The position numbers were made by a program, and so were the translations under genes. A stretch of 32,000 nt of DNA, from assembly GCA_022646745.1 (NCBI GenBank), contig CP060262.1:2100001-2132000 (forward strand), read 5' to 3'. The notes beneath the pieces are model-generated. The model worked only from the letters and a program-made list of their open reading frames with translations. It was not told where the DNA came from and ran no database searches. Origin of the DNA: Planctomycetales bacterium. GTDB taxonomy: Bacteria; 4484-113; JAFGCY01. Shown here piece after piece: positions 23,714 through 30,750 of this stretch. Position 1 is the first letter of the stretch, and the number at the start of each line of letters is the position of its first letter.

Positions 23714-24603
23714 TGCGCCTGCTGCCGATCCTCCTGATGTGCTGCGTGCTGCTGGCAACCGCCGGACCGGCCCAGGCGCGCCTGAAGGCCACAAGCGGTG
23801 ACCCGATGGTGCTGCTCGAGGAGGCCAAGCTGGAGATCGCCGATGGCAAGCTGGCACATGCCCAGGAGCTGCTGGCGGCGATCCCGCTCGACGACGAGGA
23901 GGAATATGTCAACCAGGAAGTGCTGTTCCAGCGCATGCTGCTGAGTGCATCGCTCCTGCAGGCGACGGACTTCCTGCTGAAGGAACTTGTCAACGCCGAG
24001 CTGTTCGAGAGCGGCTACGCCGACTACCTGGTGGATGAGCGCAGCAGCCAGGCCGCGTTGTTCGAGGAGACCGCCGCACGCTTCATTGAGCTGAGCGGCA
24101 CGGACCCCGAGCTGGAGTTCGTGCGCTTCCGCCTGCCCTTCGTCACCATCGAGCACCTGCGCGACGTGGAACTGTACAGCGATGTGGAGATGCTGAAGGC
24201 TGCCGCCGATTCCTGGAGCCGGGACCAGCAACGCCTCGGCAAGGGCTTGATCAATGCCCAGGCGCGAGTGGCGCTCGTGCTGATCTGCGCCCGCTACTAC
24301 GACCTCGAGCAGGCCAGCATCAGCATCGAGGCCGTCTCGCTGCGCCTGCTGGAAGGCGTACCGGTGGACATGCGCGAGACCGTCAGCTGGATCTCAGAGT
24401 TCGCCTTCAGCGTTGCCAACCCGGCGGACGGGCTGGAGGAGCTGAGCCGCATCGCTGATGCCAGCCTCAACCCGGAGGCTGTGGCCGAGCCGGCTGCCCC
24501 GGTGGAGGAGTCCAGCCAGCTGAAGCTCAAGCCCGCCGGAAGCGGCAAGCTGCGCCGCGGCAACAAGCAGTCAAACGATACTGTGGAAAGGACGTCTGAC
24601 TGA
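23713..24603 (+). CDS. Exported hypothetical protein X1 (paralog of X2)
   Basis: 296-aa ORF. Signal peptide MRLLPILLMCCVLLATAGPAQA. Mostly helical-looking, with a disordered charged tail. Translationally coupled on both sides. Confidence 0.65.
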   Translation: MRLLPILLMCCVLLATAGPAQARLKATSGDPMVLLEEAKLEIADGKLAHAQELLAAIPLDDEEEYVNQEVLFQRMLLSASLLQATDFLLKELVNAELFESGYADYLVDERSSQAALFEETAARFIELSGTDPELEFVRFRLPFVTIEHLRDVELYSDVEMLKAAADSWSRDQQRLGKGLINAQARVALVLICARYYDLEQASISIEAVSLRLLEGVPVDMRETVSWISEFAFSVANPADGLEELSRIADASLNPEAVAEPAAPVEESSQLKLKPAGSGKLRRGNKQSNDTVERTSD

Positions 24604-24604
24604 C

Positions 24605-25450
24605 ATGCGCAATCTGAGCCTGACAGTCATCTGCATTATGGCCATTGGCCTGTGGTCAAGCGCGGCCCGTGCCCAGGGCGCGGCCGACAACCTGTCGAAG
24701 GCCCGCAGCGAATTCGCAGCCGACCACATCTACGCTGCGGATGCCCTGCTGCAGAAGGTGATTGACGACGAGGCGGCCAACCAGCTGCAGGTCGAGGAAG
24801 CGCTGTTCCTGCAGAGCATCATCTATTACGGCGACGTGCTCGGGGCAATGGCCGTGATCGAGCCGCTGGCCGCCGCCAGCGCCGGGGGCAGCGGTTACAA
24901 GGGTGAGGTCAGCCGCCAGCTGCTGCTGGCCCGGCGTGCCTTCTACGCCGCAGCATCCCGTTATGTGACGGCCACCGTGCTTGGCAGCAAGCTGGACTCG
25001 GTGCAGATCACACTGCCCAGCTTCACGGACGCTGACCTGGCCGTGATCAACTCCACGCTCAGTGACAAGGCAGCACTGGAAACGATCCTGACCGGCTATG
25101 AGACGGACAGTGCAGTCGGTAAGGGGCTGCTGGCCAAGGCCAGCCGGCTCGGGCTGTACACCGGCTTCGGCCGCATGCTGCCGCCGGGCAGCAGCCGCAA
25201 ATTCGCTTCGATCCGCAGCTCCTTCAGCCAGGGCAGCGTGTTCACACCGGTGATGTACATGGACTTCATCGCGGAGATCTCAGTCGAGATGGCATACCTG
25301 GTCAATGAGCCCAACGGGCCGGACCTGGTCGGCCTCGCCAAGCGGGCGGATGAGCGCATCATGGAGCTCACCGGCGGCAACCCGGAAAACCTCTACGTCA
25401 AGAATGCCACGAGGCGCATGGCCGGCTACAAGAAGCTCGGCAAGGAGTAA
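24605..25450 (+). CDS. Exported hypothetical protein X2 (paralog of X1)
   Basis: 281-aa ORF. Signal peptide MRNLSLTVICIMAIGLWSSAARA. Shares colinear motifs with X1 (A..LL...DDE, E.LF.Q, GY, LP, GKGL). Separated by a 1-nt gap before and a 2-nt gap after. Confidence 0.65.
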   Translation: MRNLSLTVICIMAIGLWSSAARAQGAADNLSKARSEFAADHIYAADALLQKVIDDEAANQLQVEEALFLQSIIYYGDVLGAMAVIEPLAAASAGGSGYKGEVSRQLLLARRAFYAAASRYVTATVLGSKLDSVQITLPSFTDADLAVINSTLSDKAALETILTGYETDSAVGKGLLAKASRLGLYTGFGRMLPPGSSRKFASIRSSFSQGSVFTPVMYMDFIAEISVEMAYLVNEPNGPDLVGLAKRADERIMELTGGNPENLYVKNATRRMAGYKKLGKE

Positions 25451-25452
25451 GC

Positions 25453-26835
25453 ATGGCGGAAGTACTGGAAAAGCAGTTCACAACCAAGAAGCTGATGCAG
25501 CGCCAGGACGAGCTGGTTACGCTGGCCCGCCACACGCTGCAGTGCAGCGACGCGGACCAGACCCAGGTGAACATCATCACCAGTGACAGTGCGCTGACGC
25601 GTTTTGCCAACAGTGAGATCCACCAGAACACCTATGAGCGCGAGGCCAGCCTCGTGGTCAGCGTGCGGCTCGGCCAGCGCGAGGGGCGGATCTCCACCAA
25701 TGTGCTGACCCGTGAGAGCGCGGCTGACACCGTGGCCCGGGCGATCGCGGCAGCGCGCATCAGCCAGCCCAACCCGGACCTGGCGGACCTGCCGACCGGG
25801 CCCTACGACTATCCCTTCCGCGTGGACTACCACGAGGCCACCGCCGCCTGCACCCCCGAGGAACGGGCGGACATGGTGATCAAGGGCTTCGAGGCCGGTG
25901 AGGACAAGGACTTCAATGCCAGCGGCATCCTGCGCACCGGGCAGGTCAACTGCGTGGTTGCCAACAACCAGGGCGTGGAGGCCGCGGTGCACTCCACCAA
26001 GGCGCGCTACCAGGTGGTGTGGGGCAGCCACAACTCGAGCGGCAAGTCGGAGATCGAGGCCCGCAACATCAAGGACATCGACATCGAGGAGCACAGCACG
26101 AAGGCCTACGCCATTGCCAAGAAAAGCCAGAACCCGCGCAATGACATCGAGGCCGGCCGCTACACCGTGGTGCTCGGCCCGAACTGCATCTCCACGATGC
26201 TCGGATTCCTCGCGGGGCTCGGCTTCAGCGGGCGGCGCTACAACGACGGCGCCAGCTTCATGTGCGGCAGGATGGGCCAGCCGATCACCGGCAACCAGGT
26301 CACGATCACCGATGACCCGCTGGACGAGCGCACGCTGGGCCTGCCGTTTGACAACGCTGGTGTGCCGAGCCAGCGCATCACGCTCGTCGAGAGCGGCGTG
26401 GCGCGCGCCGTGGTGCACGATGCCAACACCGCCAAGAAGGCCGGCACCGTCAGCACCGGACATGACACCGGCATGCGCTACCCGGCGCCCCGCAACCTCG
26501 TGCTGAGCCCTGGCATCAGTGAGACCGCCGACCTGATCGCCGGCGTAGAGCGCGGCATCTTCGTCTCCAACTTCCACTACACCAACGTGGTGGACCCGAT
26601 GGCGGCGGTGATCACCGGCATGACGCGCGACGGCACCTTCCTGATCGAGGACGGCAAGCTGACGAGCGGCCTGACCAACTTCCGCTTCACCCAGAACGTG
26701 CTGGAGGCCTTCGCCAACGTGACCGGGATGGGCACTGAGCTGCTCTACATGCCGGCCTTCTGGGGCGCTGGTGCGCTGGTGCCGGAGAGCATGCGCGTTG
26801 ACAACTTCAACTTCAGTGGCAAGACCGACTTCTAG
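25453..26835 (+). CDS. pmbA: PmbA/TldE family metalloprotease partner subunit
   Basis: 460-aa ORF with the TldD/PmbA family pattern (RFANSEIHQN, GLPFDNAGVPSQR, ERGIFVSNFHYTN). It lacks the HExxxH site, as expected for TldE. Confidence 0.88.
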   Translation: MAEVLEKQFTTKKLMQRQDELVTLARHTLQCSDADQTQVNIITSDSALTRFANSEIHQNTYEREASLVVSVRLGQREGRISTNVLTRESAADTVARAIAAARISQPNPDLADLPTGPYDYPFRVDYHEATAACTPEERADMVIKGFEAGEDKDFNASGILRTGQVNCVVANNQGVEAAVHSTKARYQVVWGSHNSSGKSEIEARNIKDIDIEEHSTKAYAIAKKSQNPRNDIEAGRYTVVLGPNCISTMLGFLAGLGFSGRRYNDGASFMCGRMGQPITGNQVTITDDPLDERTLGLPFDNAGVPSQRITLVESGVARAVVHDANTAKKAGTVSTGHDTGMRYPAPRNLVLSPGISETADLIAGVERGIFVSNFHYTNVVDPMAAVITGMTRDGTFLIEDGKLTSGLTNFRFTQNVLEAFANVTGMGTELLYMPAFWGAGALVPESMRVDNFNFSGKTDF

Positions 26836-26844
26836 GAACACATA

Positions 26845-27492
26845 ATGACCAGGTATTTTGACGACGACGAAAAGGAACCTCCCGAGATCATCATCCAGGA
26901 CCTGCGACACTCGCGCGGGGCTGAGGCTGATGAGGAGGAAGCCGCGGTGCCGGAGCAGCCCGCTGCGGAAGCAGCCCCAGAGGTTCCCGCGCCGCGCATG
27001 GAGGTGGTCGAGGCACCGGAGTCGCCCGGTGATGGCAACGGCAGTCCCGCGGAGCATGCCCACCACGGTCATCATCACGGCGAGCATGACCACCATGATC
27101 ACGACCACGATCACCACGACCATGATCATGACCACGGCGACGGGTCAATGGAAGAGCAGATCGCCGAGGCGGAGTACCGCCAGGAGCTGCAGATCTTCGA
27201 ACTCGGGCTGGACAACTACCAGCGGAGCCAGCTCGGGATCTACATCCAGTTCGCGCTGATCCACATGGGCCGCGCCCCGCACCCGGTCACCGGGCTGGTG
27301 GCAACCGACATGAAGCGCGCACGCTTTGCGATCGACCTGCTGCATGTGAGCTATACGCACCTCGAGGAGGAGCTGCAGGCGCAGGAGAAGCGCGAGGTGC
27401 AGTCCGTGATCGCCCAGCTGCAGATGCTCTACACGCAGCTGGCCGGCAATGCGCCGATGCCGCCGGACAGCGGAGCCGAGCCCGAGGCCTAG
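26845..27492 (+). CDS. DUF1844-like protein with N-terminal acidic region and His/Asp-rich tract
   Basis: 215-aa ORF. The C-terminal half (FALIHMG..P.TG....D...ARFAIDLL......LE) resembles DUF1844 as I recall it. Residues 71-97 are HAHHGHHHGEHDHHDHDHDHHDHDHDH. Confidence 0.7.
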   Translation: MTRYFDDDEKEPPEIIIQDLRHSRGAEADEEEAAVPEQPAAEAAPEVPAPRMEVVEAPESPGDGNGSPAEHAHHGHHHGEHDHHDHDHDHHDHDHDHGDGSMEEQIAEAEYRQELQIFELGLDNYQRSQLGIYIQFALIHMGRAPHPVTGLVATDMKRARFAIDLLHVSYTHLEEELQAQEKREVQSVIAQLQMLYTQLAGNAPMPPDSGAEPEA

Positions 27493-27746
27493 ATCACGTC
27501 ATTCATCTTCAGCGTCAGGTAGCTGCAGTAGATCGTGATGAAGGTCAGCAGGATGAAGCCGCCCACGCAGCCGGTGGCGAAGATCTCACGGAAGTTCATC
27601 AGCTCACCTGTCTTCTGCAGTTGCTGGGTGGCGTCATTCTTCCGGAACAGGTAGATCAGCTGCGCTGGCGTGAAGATGAACCACAGCATCCACAGCAGCA
27701 CCAGCGCGTGGGGCAGGTTCAGCACGAACTTCATGTATTCCGGCAT
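27489..27746 (-). CDS. Small two-TM membrane protein
   Basis: 85-aa ORF with hydrophobic segments ALVLLWMLWFIF and CVGGFILLTFITIYCSYL. It lies directly downstream of comEA. No family recognised. Confidence 0.5.
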   Translation of the reverse strand: MPEYMKFVLNLPHALVLLWMLWFIFTPAQLIYLFRKNDATQQLQKTGELMNFREIFATGCVGGFILLTFITIYCSYLTLKMNDVI

Positions 27747-27754
27747 GCCAGCAC

Positions 27755-27760
27755 ATTGTA
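27755..27760 (-). promoter_or_regulatory. -10-like TACAAT 8 nt before the ATG of the small membrane protein
   Basis: Read on the - strand. Confidence 0.25.
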
Positions 27761-27770
27761 CGCTGCCGGC

Positions 27771-28262
27771 TCAGCCAGCGGGTTCAACCCGCAAGAGCGG
27801 CCGCAGGCGCTCAAGCGTCGCCTCGCCGATTCCTTCCACCTCACTGAGCTGCTCAATATTCCTGAAGCCACCCAACCTGTCCCGGGTTTCCACGATGCGC
27901 CCGGCCAGCACCGGCCCGATGCCAGGCAGCTGCTCCAGTTCCTCGGCAGTAGCATGGTTGATATCCAGCAGTTCCGTCGCTGGATCCGCCAGCGTGCCGC
28001 CTCCGCTTTCCCGTTCAGCTGCCCCAGTGCCTGAGGACGCTATTGGATCCGCCAGGGCCTTAATCTCTGCCGGAGCATCCTTCCCGTGATCAACCTGATG
28101 ATCGCCGATTTCCGTGTATAGCGTGGGCTGCTGCTGCAGGCCGAGCTGCGGGACGCTGCTGCTTTCCGCGAACATCTTCCAGCGCATCACCAGGCAGGTA
28201 ATGCATATCAGCCCGATCCCGCCAAGCACCAGTGATAGGTAGGTTCTACTGCTCAGTACCAT
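27771..28262 (-). CDS. comEA: ComEA-like helix-hairpin-helix DNA-binding/competence protein
   Basis: N-terminal TM anchor. C-terminal tandem HhH (INHATAEELEQLPGIGPVLAGRIVETRDRLGGFRNIEQLSEVEGIGEATLERL). I chose the start at 28262 because a TAGAAT -10 candidate lies inside the longer track ORF. Confidence 0.8.
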   Translation of the reverse strand: MVLSSRTYLSLVLGGIGLICITCLVMRWKMFAESSSVPQLGLQQQPTLYTEIGDHQVDHGKDAPAEIKALADPIASSGTGAAERESGGGTLADPATELLDINHATAEELEQLPGIGPVLAGRIVETRDRLGGFRNIEQLSEVEGIGEATLERLRPLLRVEPAG

Positions 28263-28299
28263 GTCAAATATATTGAAACTATTTACATAAACTGACTGC

Positions 28300-28305
28300 A
28301 TTCTA
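28300..28305 (-). promoter_or_regulatory. -10 candidate TAGAAT for comEA
   Basis: Read on the - strand, 37 nt upstream of the ATG at 28262. Confidence 0.3.
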
Positions 28306-28332
28306 GCACATTGCTGCATTGCTTCAAGCAGC

Positions 28333-28360
28333 GTGAAAGAGCCGTGAAAGCCCGGTGAAA
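28333..28360 (+). promoter_or_regulatory. Three GTGAAA direct repeats phased at exactly 11 bp (candidate transcription-factor site)
   Basis: GTGAAA at 28333, 28344 and 28355, in the divergent comEA / response-regulator spacer. Confidence 0.35.
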
Positions 28361-28444
28361 CAGTGCAACTGTCAGAACGGGGAAGTTAAGCTGCTGTATT
28401 GGATACTGCAAATTCACATTCAGCTATCAAGGAGGAGGCCGGCA

Positions 28445-28885
28445 ATGAGCATTGACACGCATACCCAGGGCCTGATGGGCGCGGTGGGCCCAGCCTCCAT
28501 TACCGGGCTGCAGCATGTACTTGTGGTGGATGATGATCCCGGCGTACTGCGCGTGCTGGAGCGTACCATCTCACGCATGGAGATTGATGTGCGCCTTGCC
28601 ACCAGCGGGGATGAGGCGCTGGCCATCGCTTCCGATCATCCCGGTGGATTCAGCCTGGCCATCCTGGACATGAACATCCCCGGTACCAGTGGCCCTGCGC
28701 TAGTGCGCGGCCTGCGCCGGACTTGCCCCGGAATCCGCATCATGATGATCAGCGGTGACGATGCCATCGTCTCGGACACTTCACTGCAGGACAGCGGTGT
28801 GGACGAGCTGCTGGTCAAGCCCTTCGAGCTCTCCGAGATCCGCGAGCGGATCCGCCTGCTGCTCGGGGCCGCGCTGCTGGGCTGA
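28445..28885 (+). CDS. Single-domain CheY-like response regulator receiver
   Basis: VLVVDDD, phospho-acceptor context AILDMNIPG, MISG and LVKPF are the receiver-domain hallmarks. AGGAGG upstream of the ATG at 28445. No output domain. Confidence 0.85.
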   Translation: MSIDTHTQGLMGAVGPASITGLQHVLVVDDDPGVLRVLERTISRMEIDVRLATSGDEALAIASDHPGGFSLAILDMNIPGTSGPALVRGLRRTCPGIRIMMISGDDAIVSDTSLQDSGVDELLVKPFELSEIRERIRLLLGAALLG

Positions 28886-28893
28886 GCACGCGC

Positions 28894-28899
28894 TAAAAT
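28894..28899 (+). promoter_or_regulatory. -10-like TAAAAT 6 nt before the nadC GTG start
   Basis: Read directly. No SD. Confidence 0.3.
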
Positions 28900-28905
28900 C
28901 CACGG

Positions 28906-29757
28906 GTGAACCAGCTCCTGGTAGAGGAACACGTGCGCGCGGAACTGATTGCCGACATCGGCAACGCGGACATCAGCACCGAACTCGCACTTTCCGGCCG
29001 CGACGTGCAGGCCAGTGCTGAAGTGCGCCTGCGTGAGGCGGGGGTGGTCTGCGGCTGCTTCGTGGCCGAGGAGGCCTTCCGCCAGCTCAGCGGCGAATCG
29101 CGCTGCGTGGTTCACGTGCCTGAGGGCAGCATGCAGCCGGCCGGTACGAGCCTGCTGACCATCGAGGGCCCGGCCCAGGCGATCCTCAGTGCCGAACGCG
29201 TCGCACTCAACTACCTGCAGCGCATGAGCGGGATTGCCACGCTTGGCCGCCAGTGGGCCGACATCGCCCGCCCGGCAGGCATCCGCATCACCGGCACGCG
29301 CAAGACCACGCCGGGCTTCCGCATGTTCGAGAAGTACGCGATCCGCTGCGGCACCGGCTTCAACCACCGGATGGACCTCGACCACGCCGTGATGCTGAAG
29401 GACAACCACTTCGCCGCCAGCCCTCACGGGGACTGGGAGGAGCTGGTGAGGAGCGTCAGGGCGCGCATCAGCCACACCATGAAGCTGGAGGCCGAGGCGG
29501 ACTCACTGGCGATGCTTGAGCCACTGCTGCGCGGCGGGGCTGACATCATCCTGCTTGACAACTTCAGCCCGGACGAGGTGCGCGAGGCCGTTGCCATCAT
29601 TGCCGGCCGCGCGATCGTCGAGGTCAGCGGCGGGGTCACGCTTGCCAACCTGTCGGATTACCTGGTAGTTGGCGTGGACGTGATCTCCACCGGCACGCTG
29701 AGCCACAGCTACCGTTCCCTCGACATCGGGCTGGACTTCACTTCGGGGGGCCACTGA
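28906..29757 (+). CDS. nadC: Nicotinate-nucleotide diphosphorylase (carboxylating), quinolinate phosphoribosyltransferase
   Basis: 283-aa ORF with a GTG start. TGTRKTTPGFRMFEKYAIRCGTGFNHRMDLDHAVMLKDNH is the NadC core signature. Confidence 0.92.
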   Translation: MNQLLVEEHVRAELIADIGNADISTELALSGRDVQASAEVRLREAGVVCGCFVAEEAFRQLSGESRCVVHVPEGSMQPAGTSLLTIEGPAQAILSAERVALNYLQRMSGIATLGRQWADIARPAGIRITGTRKTTPGFRMFEKYAIRCGTGFNHRMDLDHAVMLKDNHFAASPHGDWEELVRSVRARISHTMKLEAEADSLAMLEPLLRGGADIILLDNFSPDEVREAVAIIAGRAIVEVSGGVTLANLSDYLVVGVDVISTGTLSHSYRSLDIGLDFTSGGH

Positions 29758-30518
29758 TGCTGCTCGTCTGCGACATCGGCAACTCCAACATCGTGTTCGG
29801 CATCTACGATGGCAGCGAGCTGCTCACAAGCTGGCGCCTGACCAGCCGCCTGAATGCGACCGTGGATGAATACCTGGTGATGGCCGGCACCCTGCTGGAC
29901 AGGCAGGACGGTCACGGGCGGATCAGTGATGCGATCATCTCCAGCGTAGTGCCGCCGTTGCTGCCGAAGCTGCGCAGCGTGATCCTGCAGCTGACCGGTG
30001 CCGAGCCGCTGGTGGTCGGGCCGGGCACGAAGACCGGGCTGGACATCCAGTACGAGGACCCGCGCCAGGTCGGTGCCGACCGGATTGTCAACGCGGTGGC
30101 CGCCATCGAGCGCCATGGCCCGCCGCTGATCGCCGTCGACTTCGGCACCGCAACCACCTTCGACGTGGTGCTGGCACCGAATGTCTACCTCGGCGGGATC
30201 ATCATCCCGGGCATCACCATCTCGCTTGATTCACTGGTCAGCCGCACGGCCAAGCTGCCCAAGGTGGAGCTGAGCCATGTGGAGCGCATCGTCGGCCGCA
30301 ACACCTCTGAAAGCATCCGCAGCGGCATGCTCAACGGCACAGGTGCACTGGTTGATGAACTGGTGGACCGTATCTGCGAGGAGCAGCAGATCGAGCCGAC
30401 GGTTCTGGCAACCGGCGGATTCGCGGAGCTTGTGCGTGACTACAGCCGCCGCATCCAGTTCGTGGAGCCGGACCTGACCCTGCATGGCCTGCGCCTGATC
30501 TGGGAACGCAATAAATAG
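29757..30518 (+). CDS. coaX: Type III pantothenate kinase
   Basis: 253-aa ORF. N-terminal LLVCDIGNSNIVFG and DFGTATTFD motifs of the CoaX/Baf family. The start overlaps the nadC stop (TGATG). Confidence 0.92.
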   Translation: MLLVCDIGNSNIVFGIYDGSELLTSWRLTSRLNATVDEYLVMAGTLLDRQDGHGRISDAIISSVVPPLLPKLRSVILQLTGAEPLVVGPGTKTGLDIQYEDPRQVGADRIVNAVAAIERHGPPLIAVDFGTATTFDVVLAPNVYLGGIIIPGITISLDSLVSRTAKLPKVELSHVERIVGRNTSESIRSGMLNGTGALVDELVDRICEEQQIEPTVLATGGFAELVRDYSRRIQFVEPDLTLHGLRLIWERNK

Positions 30519-30522
30519 GAAC

Positions 30523-30750
30523 TAGGAGCTGGGACATAGGGTGTAGCGGAAAGCTGCGCACTTCCATCCCTTTTGCTCTACCCCGGCTCCTATATCCTAA
30601 ACCCTCGTCTTCTACGTCTTACACCCCAGCTCCCAGCACCTCGTCTGCTACGCCCAACACCCCAGCTCCCAGCACCTCGTCTGCTACGCCCTACACCCCA
30701 GCTCCCAGCACCTCGCCTGCTACCCCCTACACCCTATGTCCTAGCTCCTC
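30523..30750. repeat. MITE/REP-like element: 23-bp terminal inverted repeats enclosing 36-bp tandem repeats
   Basis: Left arm 30524-30546 (AGGAGCTGGGACATAGGGTGTAG) is the reverse complement of 30727-30749 at 22/23 positions. The interior holds 3 full 36-bp units plus degenerate copies. The element fills the coaX / methyltransferase convergent spacer. Confidence 0.7.
30621..30728 (+). repeat. Tandem repeat, 36-bp unit x3 (ACACCCCAGCTCCCAGCACCTCGTCTGCTACGCCCW)
   Basis: Units at 30621-30656, 30657-30692 and 30693-30728. A partial fourth unit forms the right inverted-repeat arm, and a degenerate copy lies at ~30577-30620. Confidence 0.9.

Noticed and set aside
22235-27135. 540-aa (22235-23857) and 569-aa (25426-27135) ORFs on the - strand
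   Set aside because: They are antisense shadows of tldD and pmbA. The Met/Val/Ile run at the start of the second is simply the complement of the His/Asp codon tract.
30577-30750. Possible CRISPR array (36-bp repeats)
   Set aside because: The repeats are directly tandem with no unique spacers. There are only about 3.5 units and no cas genes, so this is not a CRISPR array.
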